A DNA stretch of 64,000 nt from an uncultured Candidatus Saccharibacteria bacterium (GCA_964538855.1 CAZIEY010000001.1:314188-378187); one strand, 5' to 3'. Counted from the first letter of the stretch, positions 10,121 to 19,269 are shown. Translations and numbers: made by a program. Notes: generated by a model from the sequence alone, not told the origin.

Positions 10121-10461
10121 TTTTGTGCAAGGTGGTCTACAATTTTATCGAAGCTCGCACGATCCCTCTTGTGAATGATTAATCTGTACAGTAATTGTCT
10201 AACAATAAACGATCTGTCTATATCTCGATCATTTGGATCTATTTTGTCATTGAGGATTGCGTCTCTCGATATTTCGTATAATTCATTCAAGTGTTCATTG
10301 CCTGGTCGTTTCACGAACGCGCTGACCTCATTACACATTTCTTCATCCGCCACTATTTTATCTATAAAAGGTTCTACTTCCACCAGGTCTTTATCGAGTC
10401 TTGCGCGAAAAGCGATACCCTCTGCTTCTTGTTTACGTAGTGATTCGGGTGATAAGTCCAT
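10117..10461 (-). CDS. Hypothetical protein
   Basis: The ORF is shortened to the internal Met (MDLSPE...) because the annotated 5' part overlaps a tRNA gene. Confidence 0.4.
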   Translation of the reverse strand: MDLSPESLRKQEAEGIAFRARLDKDLVEVEPFIDKIVADEEMCNEVSAFVKRPGNEHLNELYEISRDAILNDKIDPNDRDIDRSFIVRQLLYRLIIHKRDRASFDKIVDHLAQN

Positions 10462-10478
10462 ATGTTTGTAATTGTTAG

Positions 10479-10550
10479 TGCTCCCGCCAGGAATCGAACC
10501 TGGATCGCAAGTTCCGCAAACTTGCGTTCTATCCATTGAACTACGGGAGC
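10479..10550 (-). tRNA. tRNA-Arg (anticodon GCG)
   Basis: Reverse complement folds as a cloverleaf: acceptor GCTCCCG/CGGGAGC, D-arm GTTC-AATGGATA-GAAC, anticodon arm CAAGT-TTGCGGA-ACTTG, T-arm CCAGG-TTCGATT-CCTGG, discriminator A. CCA is not encoded. Confidence 0.7.
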
Positions 10551-10551
10551 T

Positions 10552-11100
10552 TTATTTTTTCAGATTAAGTATTTGTTTCTGCGCTCGCTGTTTCTGTGCG
10601 ATCGTCGCATCGAACATACGTTTCGCCGTCACTTTTTGCATCATCACTGCATCGAACTGACGTTTCGCGACCACGTTTTGCGCGAGGATTTCTTCCTCTA
10701 CCACATCTTCTTCCTGTTCCTGCTGTCGTTTTTGGAGGATTACTGCGTCGAGCTGGCGTTTTGCGACTACTTTTTGCACGAGAGCTTTTTCTTCCGCCAT
10801 CTTTTTTTCTTGCGCAGCTTTTTCTGCAGCATTCTCTTCTTTGCGATTGGTCACAATGGTCGTTATTACACCAGCTGTGACTGCGGGCAAGATACTGAGT
10901 CCTGGAATAAACTCGACCAAGTTTCCTACGAGGCTATAGTGGCTTTTCTTAACCCCTTTCATAAAGAAATAGGTCTGGAAGAAAAATGTCGACGCGGCAC
11001 TCGCAACAACATTGAGAAGGGGAAACGCGTTTGATAAATCGAATAAGGGTGCGGCGATTACCAAGATGATAATATCGATGGATGATAATTTTCGCTTCAT
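10552..11100 (-). CDS. Membrane protein with C-terminal tandem VAKRQ(L/F)DAV repeats
   Basis: Two N-terminal TM helices, then three or four degenerate ~15-aa repeats (VVAKRQLDAVILQKRQ / VVAKRQFDAVMMQKV / TAKRMFDATIAQKQR). Confidence 0.5.
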   Translation of the reverse strand: MKRKLSSIDIIILVIAAPLFDLSNAFPLLNVVASAASTFFFQTYFFMKGVKKSHYSLVGNLVEFIPGLSILPAVTAGVITTIVTNRKEENAAEKAAQEKKMAEEKALVQKVVAKRQLDAVILQKRQQEQEEDVVEEEILAQNVVAKRQFDAVMMQKVTAKRMFDATIAQKQRAQKQILNLKK

Positions 11101-11131
11101 GCCATTTATTGTAGCATTTCCTTTCTATCTC

Positions 11132-11288
11132 GAATTCTAACTTGCACAATGAGGTTTCGGAAGGCTTTCGGAGTGCGACTGCAATGCGTTTGAAAATATT
11201 TGTCGAAGTCGCACGAGAACGAGCTGATTTTTCTTGATAAGGAAAAATACAGTGTCCTTCCTGAAACCTCATTGTGCAAGTTAGAATC
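11132..11288. repeat. Long inverted repeat (31-33 bp arms, 25 bp perfect core) flanking ~90 bp
   Basis: attctaacttgcacaatgaggtttc at 11134-11158 is the exact reverse complement of 11263-11287. The right arm overlaps the stop codon of the upstream gene. Confidence 0.8.
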
Positions 11289-11754
11289 CTAACCTATCCA
11301 TGACCTTTTGAAAAGTGGGCTCCTGCAAATATTCTTCCTTCATAAATTGTGCGAGAAATTCTTGTGCGGCAGTTACAGTAATGTCTTGACCGAGCGGGAT
11401 TACAATAAGAGGCATGAAAACCTTCTTTGACTTGATCAAAATACGGTCACGATCCCAACCATCTTCATCAACTACACAAAAACTTTCAAGTGTAGTGAAG
11501 GGGTAGAGTATTTTACCGATAACGACACCACGACGGCTCATTTCAAAATTAACCATGTGTGGCGGAATGTGCGATTGCATATAGGTTGCAAAGACACCAA
11601 TCAAAATGAGGAGTGCAAAGAGGAAATTTCCAAAATAAATCGATACAATCGAAATCGCGATTGCGGTGATGCCCACAACCCAGAACCAGTCGGCGGTTTT
11701 TTCCGGCTTAATGTGATTTAACGCTTGCCACTGTAATTTTTCAGGAACGTTCAT
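11281..11754 (-). CDS. Hypothetical membrane protein
   Basis: 157-aa ORF with two predicted TM helices. Confidence 0.5.
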   Translation of the reverse strand: MNVPEKLQWQALNHIKPEKTADWFWVVGITAIAISIVSIYFGNFLFALLILIGVFATYMQSHIPPHMVNFEMSRRGVVIGKILYPFTTLESFCVVDEDGWDRDRILIKSKKVFMPLIVIPLGQDITVTAAQEFLAQFMKEEYLQEPTFQKVMDRLGF

Positions 11755-11827
11755 TGCACTAATTATCTATGAAAAAACACCCTGTGTCGAGGTGTTTTTC
11801 CGCTGCAGATGTTAGGTCGCGAGGTAC

Positions 11828-12769
11828 TTACATAAAGCTCATCCACACCAACGCATACCACGCGATAAGGGATACTGCTGATTGTACAAACGCAACGCCG
11901 CGCAATCTGCGTGTGTCATCAACGTGAAGCGACTCGAGGCTCGTATATTTTTTCGCCAATTCCGGCATTGTCTGCAAGCTCGAGAAAAGGGAATTGAGAA
12001 TGATGACGATCACAAGCACTGCTTCGACTGTTATTCTTGCGAGCATCGCGTCATTGACCGGCCCAATCAAAAAGATACCGACATTGCTGAGGATAAAGAG
12101 AAACAACACGAACCAGTTAATTTGCGACAAGTTTTTAATAATCGCATGTTCGTGCGCATCAACCACCAAATCCTTAAGAAATTTAAAGACGGAAAATTCC
12201 TGATATGTCGCGATGATGACTGCGGCAATGAGCGCAATAATTTCAACGATGCCGATAAGGCCTGCTACCTGCGGCAAGTACGCGAGAAATTCACTTCCGC
12301 TTTCGAGCACTTTCATAAATGCGAAAATAAAAATCAGAGTAGAAGACAGCGCCGAGCCCAAACACCATGTACAAAAGTTTTTGAGACGGAACACCTGGAT
12401 CGCGGTCAAATAAATAGAAAAGAGAAGTCCGCCGAATGTGAGACCGAGCGAAATAAAGAGTACGAAATTCGTAATCAGGGTAGGGGCGACAATGCCGACC
12501 GCGTACACGAGCGCCGTCACGGCATAATACACAAACCCCATCTTTTCCAAATCGAGTCCGAAAAATTTCGAGTACTCGCTGAAAACGACCTTGGTGCAAT
12601 CTGCGCCGACCATGCACACCATGGCACCACCTTGCTTGACCTTTTGCTTTTCCTTGCGAATTCGATACGTGATGTAGAGGCCCGCGAGGGAAGCGACCAC
12701 AATCAAAATATTAAAGATGTTCATGTAAATATTGTAACACAGAGCAGTGCGCCTAACCCATGCAGTCAA
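11828..12769 (-). CDS. VKOR-family (vitamin K epoxide reductase-like) disulfide bond formation membrane protein with extra C-terminal TM region
   Basis: Loop Cys pair CMVGADC, then SEYSKFFGL, and a CTWC (CXXC) motif inside a TM helix. An alternative start MNIFNIL lies at 12724. Confidence 0.6.
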   Translation of the reverse strand: MTAWVRRTALCYNIYMNIFNILIVVASLAGLYITYRIRKEKQKVKQGGAMVCMVGADCTKVVFSEYSKFFGLDLEKMGFVYYAVTALVYAVGIVAPTLITNFVLFISLGLTFGGLLFSIYLTAIQVFRLKNFCTWCLGSALSSTLIFIFAFMKVLESGSEFLAYLPQVAGLIGIVEIIALIAAVIIATYQEFSVFKFLKDLVVDAHEHAIIKNLSQINWFVLFLFILSNVGIFLIGPVNDAMLARITVEAVLVIVIILNSLFSSLQTMPELAKKYTSLESLHVDDTRRLRGVAFVQSAVSLIAWYALVWMSFM

Positions 12770-13032
12770 TTTGACATATCTGACTCGACTGATATTATGT
12801 CTTTACTATGCGAAAGATGTTCACATCATACAACCCTTCTTATCGACGCTATCTTACTCAACAAACGCCGAGGGTATTTTTAGTTGTTACATAACAAACA
12901 CACAATCGTAAAAGGATGTTTGAGACAACAAGAGACCTCGGCATGGAGGTCTCTTGTTTTGTGTGGAGGAGGGGAGGGTGAAAGACGGAAAACGAAATCA
13001 TTAATTACTTGAATTAACATTATAATAAAAAT

Positions 13033-14058
13033 ATGAAACACAAAGACAATAATAAGTTAACATTCGGCATTATCGGGTACGGCAGATTCGGGTCACTGTG
13101 GGCAAATCATTTGTCGACACTCGGAACTGTTTTTGTGTTTGATGCAAAAAATAAAGTGACAGAAAAAACTCCGCGTATTATCTCGGCAAGTTTACACGAG
13201 ACAGTTTCCGCTGACATTGTATTTCTTGCGGTGCCCATGTCTGAATTGCAAAATTGTTGCGAAAATATTAGCCCTCTTTTGTCACCACACACATTGGTGG
13301 TAGACGTATGCTCAATCAAAACATGGCCGATTACTATCATGAAGAAATGTTTGCCAAAAAAACAACCTATATTGGCGACACACCCATTGTTTGGGCCAGA
13401 TGCTGCAAAAATGAATGGAGGCATCCATGGGTTGAAAATCGTTGTGTGTCCAACAAAAAGAGAAGGTGCGCTCGGAAAAAAGTTGCTCGACATATTTAAA
13501 AAATTACAGCTGAATGTTATTACTGCGACTGCTCGGCAGCATGATCAGCAAATGGCTAACTCACAAGCCCTGATGCATTTTATCGGTCGAAGTCTGGTAG
13601 ATTTGAAATTACATCAGCAGGACATTTCTACGCCGAGCTATGATAATTTGGTGCGAATGTGTCAGACAGTCAATAATGATACGTTGCAATTATTTTTTGA
13701 TATGCAGACCAAGAATCCGTTTGCGAGTGTCATCCGGGATACGTTTGTGCACAATGTGGGCGCACTCAATGAATCAATAATGTTGCACGACGATACATTG
13801 CAAGGATTGAGGTTGCACATAGAAAAAATCGATCGCACTATTATCAGACTTTTATCGACTCGATTACAAATTGCAAAAAAGATAGGTGTTCTGAAACAGG
13901 CGCAGGGGATAGCAGTGGTAGATCCTAATCGAGAAGCGCAGCTTAAGGATTTGCATCGTACATATAGTGAGCATGATAAAATCGATTATGAATTTATTAG
14001 CAACATCTTTAATCTAGTTATCAATCATTCGCGCTCCGTTCAACATAAAAATATATGA
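13033..14058 (+). CDS. tyrA: Prephenate dehydrogenase fused to C-terminal chorismate mutase (TyrA-like)
   Basis: NAD-binding IIGYGRFG. HPLFGP motif of prephenate dehydrogenase. C-terminal AroQ-type chorismate mutase helix (IDRTIIRLLSTRLQIAKKIG). Confidence 0.75.
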   Translation: MKHKDNNKLTFGIIGYGRFGSLWANHLSTLGTVFVFDAKNKVTEKTPRIISASLHETVSADIVFLAVPMSELQNCCENISPLLSPHTLVVDVCSIKTWPITIMKKCLPKKQPILATHPLFGPDAAKMNGGIHGLKIVVCPTKREGALGKKLLDIFKKLQLNVITATARQHDQQMANSQALMHFIGRSLVDLKLHQQDISTPSYDNLVRMCQTVNNDTLQLFFDMQTKNPFASVIRDTFVHNVGALNESIMLHDDTLQGLRLHIEKIDRTIIRLLSTRLQIAKKIGVLKQAQGIAVVDPNREAQLKDLHRTYSEHDKIDYEFISNIFNLVINHSRSVQHKNI

Positions 14059-15221
14059 AAAAATTAGACATCTTACAAATTCCACCTTCTGAAACCGTCG
14101 CAATCAATACTATTGCGCTTGAAAAAATTCGCGCCGGAGAAAAGATATACAATTTGAGCGCCGGGGAACCAATGATGCCTGCTCCAGACGTCGCGACACG
14201 CGCATTAGTGCAAGCAGTGCAAGAAGAAAAAACTCATTATCCTCCAGTAGCAGGTCTTCCAGAATTGCGACAAATTGCCGCCGAGTGGATGAATGAGCTT
14301 TATGGTTCTCAATTTAAAAAAGAAACTACGCTCGTTGTGAACGGCGGAAAATTCGGTATTTTTATGTTGCTTCAAGCACTTCTCAAGCCAGGTGATGAGG
14401 TTTTGATTCAAGCACCATACTGGGTTTCATACCCCAATATAGTTCGATTGTTTAAGGGGGTACCGATAATACTATCATCGTCGCAAAAGAATGGATGGAA
14501 AATTACACCCGAAGATATTATTAAAAACACCACCGAAAAAACGAAGGTTCTCATATTAAATAATGCAGGGAACCCGACGGGCGCGCTCTACAACGCGTCA
14601 GAAATCAAAGATATTTTGGATACTGCCCACAAGCTCGGCCTATTTGTGATTTCAGATGAAGTATATAGCGGGCTCGTGTATGACGACGCAACATTTGCAT
14701 CGTGCGCATCATTCGGAGAATTTCGTGAAAATGTCGCAATTATTCAAAGCTGCTCAAAGAATTTTGCTATGACAGGTTTTCGAATTGGATTTGTGTTTGC
14801 GAGCGAGGTTGTGATAAAAACACTTGGCGATCTCGTCAGTCAAAGTACGAGCGGTGTGACTACTATGTGCCAACATGCTGCTATAGAGGTGTTCAAAGAT
14901 GCACAACGTGTAACCCGCGAAGTGAATGCCGAGATGAAACGACGACGTGATATTTTTGTGAATGAATTTAACGCAGCGTTCGGTTCGTCGGTTACAATGC
15001 CGGAATCAGGACTTTATGTATTTGTGCCGCTCTCTGTGATGGGATGGAAGGGTGGGGATTCTGCTGCATTTTGCAAATGGGCGATTGAAAAGGCTGGCGT
15101 CGCATCCGTGCCGGGCAGCGCATTTGGATCAGAAGGATATGTGCGTTTTTCTTTTGGTGAACGACCAGATGTGTTAAAGGAGGGTGTTCGTGCATTAGCA
15201 CAATGTATCAAAAACATGTAA
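14055..15221 (+). CDS. PLP-dependent aminotransferase class I (aspartate/aromatic aminotransferase family)
   Basis: SCSKNFAMTGFRIGF (lysine-containing SxSK...G(W/F)RxG motif). Start overlaps the tyrA stop. Confidence 0.8.
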   Translation: MKKLDILQIPPSETVAINTIALEKIRAGEKIYNLSAGEPMMPAPDVATRALVQAVQEEKTHYPPVAGLPELRQIAAEWMNELYGSQFKKETTLVVNGGKFGIFMLLQALLKPGDEVLIQAPYWVSYPNIVRLFKGVPIILSSSQKNGWKITPEDIIKNTTEKTKVLILNNAGNPTGALYNASEIKDILDTAHKLGLFVISDEVYSGLVYDDATFASCASFGEFRENVAIIQSCSKNFAMTGFRIGFVFASEVVIKTLGDLVSQSTSGVTTMCQHAAIEVFKDAQRVTREVNAEMKRRRDIFVNEFNAAFGSSVTMPESGLYVFVPLSVMGWKGGDSAAFCKWAIEKAGVASVPGSAFGSEGYVRFSFGERPDVLKEGVRALAQCIKNM

Positions 15222-15277
15222 TGCATTGCCGCAGGTGGTTGCGCGGTTTCGTTTTTTCCGTTAATATGCAATGCATT

Positions 15278-15367
15278 GGAGAGATGGCAGAGTGGTTGAA
15301 TGCACCGGTCTTGAAAACCGGAATATCCTAACGGGTATCGTGAGTTCGAATCTCACTCTCTCCGCCA
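15278..15367 (+). tRNA. tRNA-Ser (anticodon TGA)
   Basis: Acceptor GGAGAGA/TCTCTCC. Anticodon loop CTTGAAA. Long variable arm. T-arm GTGAG-TTCGAAT-CTCAC. Discriminator G and CCA are encoded. Confidence 0.85.
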
Positions 15368-15393
15368 AGTCGTATTAGTATGATGCAAGCGTC

Positions 15394-16392
15394 ATGACCC
15401 TTAAAACTTTAACAGAAAATGATTTACGAGAGAGTGACTTCGTGAATACATTTGCTGATTTTATCGTTTTTGATAAAGATAGTTGCACGTTAATAATAAA
15501 AAAACTGAAACTGCATTCATCTGATAGTAATAAGATGCTGCTAACACAGGTTAAGAGTAAGTTTGTCCCCAATAATCTCGAAGTAAAGATTTTGCACCTT
15601 AGTGAGGTTGAATTTGAGGCTGACAACGTAACTTTTCTGTCGGCTGATAAGTTGGTTTTATCATCATGTTCAATAACGAAAGAGGCTACGTTCGCTGGAT
15701 ACCCAAGAGAGGTTGAGATCATTAACTGCGATATCCCGAAATTTAACTTCTATTTAGGCATACCAAGCTTAAAAGTAATTGATAGTAATATAGGTGTTAT
15801 TTCTATCGGGTTTGGTGCTTCGGGTGAATCAAATGTAAAAACCATAAATATTCAAGGCAAAAGTAGTATTTATAAAATAACCGGTCTGCATACGTTGTTA
15901 AGGAATGAGACTGGTACTGTAGTTATCTTCTCTCAAGAATCTAAAATTGTTGCTGATGCTGAAGAAAGTTATCGAATTATGAGACTTATTTCAAATAAGT
16001 TTGGAGACGCTGTTCAATCTCATATTTTTCATACCAAAGCTGTCGAATTATATTCTCGATATGCAGATGATGACACCAAAACATTATTATTTTTTGAAAA
16101 GTGGACAAATGATTTTGGTAGATCGATATTTTTACCCATTTTCTGGATGATAATATTCAATTTTCTTTCGATACTTATATTGGTATATTTCTCGAATAAT
16201 TTTTGCGTGGATGGCTTCTGGGATTTATTTGGTTCCATCTTGAACATTGGACCTTGGAGCAGTTTTATACCCGAAGATGTGAACAGAATCAGTTGGGAAT
16301 TCTCACTCGATTCGATTAGAAGGGTTTTGCTTGCAATACTCACTTATCAAGTTATTATTTCTGCACGAAGATTTTCATTTTCAAGAAAGTAG
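15394..16392 (+). CDS. Hypothetical protein with C-terminal TM helices
   Basis: 332-aa AT-rich ORF immediately downstream of tRNA-Ser. No recognisable motif. Confidence 0.4.
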   Translation: MTLKTLTENDLRESDFVNTFADFIVFDKDSCTLIIKKLKLHSSDSNKMLLTQVKSKFVPNNLEVKILHLSEVEFEADNVTFLSADKLVLSSCSITKEATFAGYPREVEIINCDIPKFNFYLGIPSLKVIDSNIGVISIGFGASGESNVKTINIQGKSSIYKITGLHTLLRNETGTVVIFSQESKIVADAEESYRIMRLISNKFGDAVQSHIFHTKAVELYSRYADDDTKTLLFFEKWTNDFGRSIFLPIFWMIIFNFLSILILVYFSNNFCVDGFWDLFGSILNIGPWSSFIPEDVNRISWEFSLDSIRRVLLAILTYQVIISARRFSFSRK

Positions 16393-16443
16393 TAAAGAGG
16401 ATTTCCTAAGATCGTATGTTGTAAAGATTCATCATACCACCTC

Positions 16444-17103
16444 ATGCTCCACCCAACCAACTTCCATTCCATCCCGCGCCAAGCCAAGAGGCTTGATGAA
16501 AGGCACGCCGACAACTCGCTCGAGGTTAATGTGTGTGGAATGAAAATCGCCGTGGAGCCAGGCGTGTATCAAACATCGGGGGACTCTGAATTGATGATTG
16601 AATCGGTGCAGATAACCAAAGAACAGAATTTTCTCGAGGTTGGATGTGGTACGGGTGTTATTTCGATTGCCGTGGCGCAACGATCATCCGGCGGTGTTGC
16701 TGTTGATATCAACGAAAGAGCGGTGGCGAACGCACAGCGAAATGCGGTCGCTCATAAAATCGACAATGTGAAATTCGCAGTATCGAATGTGTTTGAAAAT
16801 GTGACAGGTCTGTTTGATGTAATTATCTGCAATCCTCCGTACACACAGCACGAAGTTCGAGATACTATTGACCGCATGTTTTGGGATCCTCAAGATGAAA
16901 TGAAGAAAACTTTTTTCAAAAACGTCGGCAACCATCTGCGACCAACAGGGAAGATATATTTCGGTTGGGCGGATTTTGCCGACATCGATGTGAACTTGCC
17001 GTTCAAACTCGCCGCAGAGTACGGCTACACGCTCGTGAACACCTTTAAAAAACCTCACAAAAATGATTTTAGTTTTTATGTTTTAGAGTTTGCGAGAGGG
17101 TGA
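16444..17103 (+). CDS. Class I SAM-dependent methyltransferase (HemK/MTS-like, NPPY motif)
   Basis: SAM-binding LEVGCGTGVISIA and the catalytic VIICNPPY motif. Confidence 0.65.
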   Translation: MLHPTNFHSIPRQAKRLDERHADNSLEVNVCGMKIAVEPGVYQTSGDSELMIESVQITKEQNFLEVGCGTGVISIAVAQRSSGGVAVDINERAVANAQRNAVAHKIDNVKFAVSNVFENVTGLFDVIICNPPYTQHEVRDTIDRMFWDPQDEMKKTFFKNVGNHLRPTGKIYFGWADFADIDVNLPFKLAAEYGYTLVNTFKKPHKNDFSFYVLEFARG

Positions 17104-17121
17104 CGCGTAGTGTAAGTGTTC

Positions 17122-17472
17122 TTACTTCTCCCAATATTTTATTTGTCCCAATACGAATGTGATTGCAAATATACTGTAAATTAACAAGAAAGAAATTTCC
17201 GTTAAGAAAAAACCGCAATCGATAATTAATTTTTCGTTAGATAATCTCATAATAAAACCAAGAGAAAATAGTGCTACAGGTATTGATGTGTAGACAACTA
17301 AATCTTTTCTTTCGAAATGGCGCAGTAAATTAAAGAGTAGGCGTAGTATTCCGATGCAGATAACTACGACAAACAATACTTGGTATATAAACATGCGGTA
17401 AGTGTAGAATTTTAAAATATATAAACAAGCTCTAAAAGTATTACGCAATTTTAAATATTTAATGCAAATCAT
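17122..17472 (-). CDS. Small hypothetical membrane protein
   Basis: AT-rich 116-aa ORF with hydrophobic segments. Weak support. Confidence 0.25.
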   Translation of the reverse strand: MICIKYLKLRNTFRACLYILKFYTYRMFIYQVLFVVVICIGILRLLFNLLRHFERKDLVVYTSIPVALFSLGFIMRLSNEKLIIDCGFFLTEISFLLIYSIFAITFVLGQIKYWEK

Positions 17473-17498
17473 ACGCCGAAAAATGTTATTATATAAGC

Positions 17499-17909
17499 AT
17501 GTCCATAAAAATATTCACCAAACTTTATCTCATCGCACTCCCAACTTTCCTCGCCATCGACGCGTTGTGGCTCGGGCTTGTTGCGAGTGATTTTTACGAT
17601 CGTTATATCGGCGGGTTGTTAAAGGACGACGTGAATTGGGTTGCCGCGTTGCTGTTCTATCTCGTGTTCATCGCGGGGCTTGTGGTGTTTGTGATTATGC
17701 CCGCCATTGAAAAGTCTTCAGCGTCGCGAGCCTTTATGCTCGGCGCATTTTTCGGCTTTGTTTGTTATGCCACCTATGACCTCACAAATCTCGCCGTCGC
17801 CAAAGATTGGCCTGTCATCGTGACTATCGTCGATTTGGCGTGGGGAGCAGTGATTGGTGGTGTGGTGTCGTGGGTGACAGTTGGGGTGGGGAGGAAGATT
17901 GAGAAGTAA
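17499..17909 (+). CDS. Small integral membrane protein (DUF2177-like)
   Basis: Four predicted TM helices. Resemblance to DUF2177 is from memory only. Confidence 0.45.
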   Translation: MSIKIFTKLYLIALPTFLAIDALWLGLVASDFYDRYIGGLLKDDVNWVAALLFYLVFIAGLVVFVIMPAIEKSSASRAFMLGAFFGFVCYATYDLTNLAVAKDWPVIVTIVDLAWGAVIGGVVSWVTVGVGRKIEK

Positions 17910-17927
17910 GTTATCTACTAGTAACAA

Positions 17928-18281
17928 TTATTTGTGATTGCAAGTACCTCGAACGATTATTTCAAACTCTCGTACCTGGAAGTCTTTTAAGCCGAGCAGC
18001 TTTTTAATTTTTTCATCTGGGGCTTTGAAGTGAATTATTTTCTCACAATTCGTACACACCGCATGGTGATGAGGGTGTTGTTGATATTCATACAAAGCTT
18101 CGGTGTTATTCAGATGTAGTTTCTTAACGATACCTTCTTGTGCAAAAGCATCCACGTTACGATAAATTGTAACAGGGTCTATATCAGGCAACATTGTATG
18201 GAGTGTTTTAACGGAAGCAGCCACACCGATTTTTTGTAGTGTAGCGAGTATTTTTTCACGTTTTTTACTGTATCGTTTCAT
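17928..18281 (-). CDS. fur: Fur family transcriptional regulator
   Basis: HTH followed by HPHHHAVCTNCEK and a C-terminal GTCNH metal site, typical of Fur/Zur/PerR. Confidence 0.75.
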   Translation of the reverse strand: MKRYSKKREKILATLQKIGVAASVKTLHTMLPDIDPVTIYRNVDAFAQEGIVKKLHLNNTEALYEYQQHPHHHAVCTNCEKIIHFKAPDEKIKKLLGLKDFQVREFEIIVRGTCNHK

Positions 18282-18355
18282 TGTAGTACTCAGTATAACT
18301 TAAAAAAATATACCCCACCAGTTGCCCAGTGAGGTATATGCATTCCGCGCTGCTG

Positions 18356-19156
18356 TTACGCAGCGGGGTAACGTGCCACGGTGTCGCCCAGCAGAAACCT
18401 CCGAGCCCTCTCGCGCTCAGCTGTCATGTCAGGTGTAACGGGATTTTCCGTAAGAATCGTCTGAGCCACGTCAGTCATTCGCAGATAGCTTTTGACTTCC
18501 GCTGGCCCAAAATCAGCCGTCGCGGCGAGAATTTTATCCGGAATGCCTCGGACCGAAGGGGACTCAAAGAGTCCTTCGCCCGTCAACACATCCGAATCAA
18601 ACGCCCGCCCCAAACCCTCGCGGGTATTGTAGTAGTCTGATCCGTACAGCGCCGCACGGTCGTCGTGGTGGAGAGCAATCACACAGCAGCTGCATGCATG
18701 CGTGATGTGAAGTCCGTCTTGCGCCCAGAGTAGGGCGTTGATGTCTTTCATGCTCCGTCGCCGTAACGCCATTTTTTCGGCGGCGATGTGCATCAATTCC
18801 GTTTCCGGGGTTTTAATCCGATAAACGGCATTGTGTTTGCGTGACCAGAACAGGATGGACAAGGGGTTGATTGCCACCTTGATATCCGCACCACCTCGTA
18901 CACTCGAGAAACTGCTTTCACGGAACCTTTGAACCATTTCAACTGTGCCGAGGACTTCAGCCATGCGGGGATTATTGATCGCCCCCGCAATACCTTCAAT
19001 GGTCTGCCGGTCGACGTTGGGATAATGCCGAGCCATAATCTCGGCGTCGCGCGGGTCGTAAAACCCGTGCAAGGTCCTTGCACCTGTCCGACTTAGCGCT
19101 GGTGCGCTTTTGTGGGCGGGCGTAAGGGTCTCATACCAATCACATACGTTGCACAT
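18356..19156 (-). CDS. Hypothetical protein, markedly GC-rich relative to neighbours
   Basis: 266-aa ORF, same strand as the flanking Fur and ParA-like genes. Contains a CSCC...HHDD cysteine/histidine cluster. No family recognised. Confidence 0.45.
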   Translation of the reverse strand: MCNVCDWYETLTPAHKSAPALSRTGARTLHGFYDPRDAEIMARHYPNVDRQTIEGIAGAINNPRMAEVLGTVEMVQRFRESSFSSVRGGADIKVAINPLSILFWSRKHNAVYRIKTPETELMHIAAEKMALRRRSMKDINALLWAQDGLHITHACSCCVIALHHDDRAALYGSDYYNTREGLGRAFDSDVLTGEGLFESPSVRGIPDKILAATADFGPAEVKSYLRMTDVAQTILTENPVTPDMTAERERARRFLLGDTVARYPAA

Positions 19157-19269
19157 GTGGTCTCCTCCATATTGCGCTGTTGCGCGGGTTTCAAAGAACT
19201 CCTATCGATGATCGTTTCCAATCATCCACAAACAGACACTCGATGTGCATATCTGTGGATGGTAAGAAA

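Noticed and set aside
10462-10536. N-terminal 25 codons of the annotated 139-aa minus ORF
   Set aside because: They overlap the tRNA-Arg(GCG) gene, so the CDS was shortened to the internal Met.
11882-12883. 333-aa ORF on the + strand
   Set aside because: It lies entirely antisense to the VKOR-family membrane protein gene, which has clear catalytic motifs. The composition is Arg/His/Cys-rich, typical of antisense translation.
15368-16400. Possible genomic-island att site duplication downstream of tRNA-Ser
   Set aside because: Only a weak partial match (tctcactc near 16290) to the tRNA 3' end, no integrase, and no convincing direct repeat.
18329-18640. 103-aa + strand ORF and 96-aa minus ORF (18793-19083) inside the GC-rich gene
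   Set aside because: High-GC DNA yields long spurious ORFs on both strands. The 266-aa minus-strand frame is the longest and is co-directional with its operon neighbours. The strand call is still only moderately confident.
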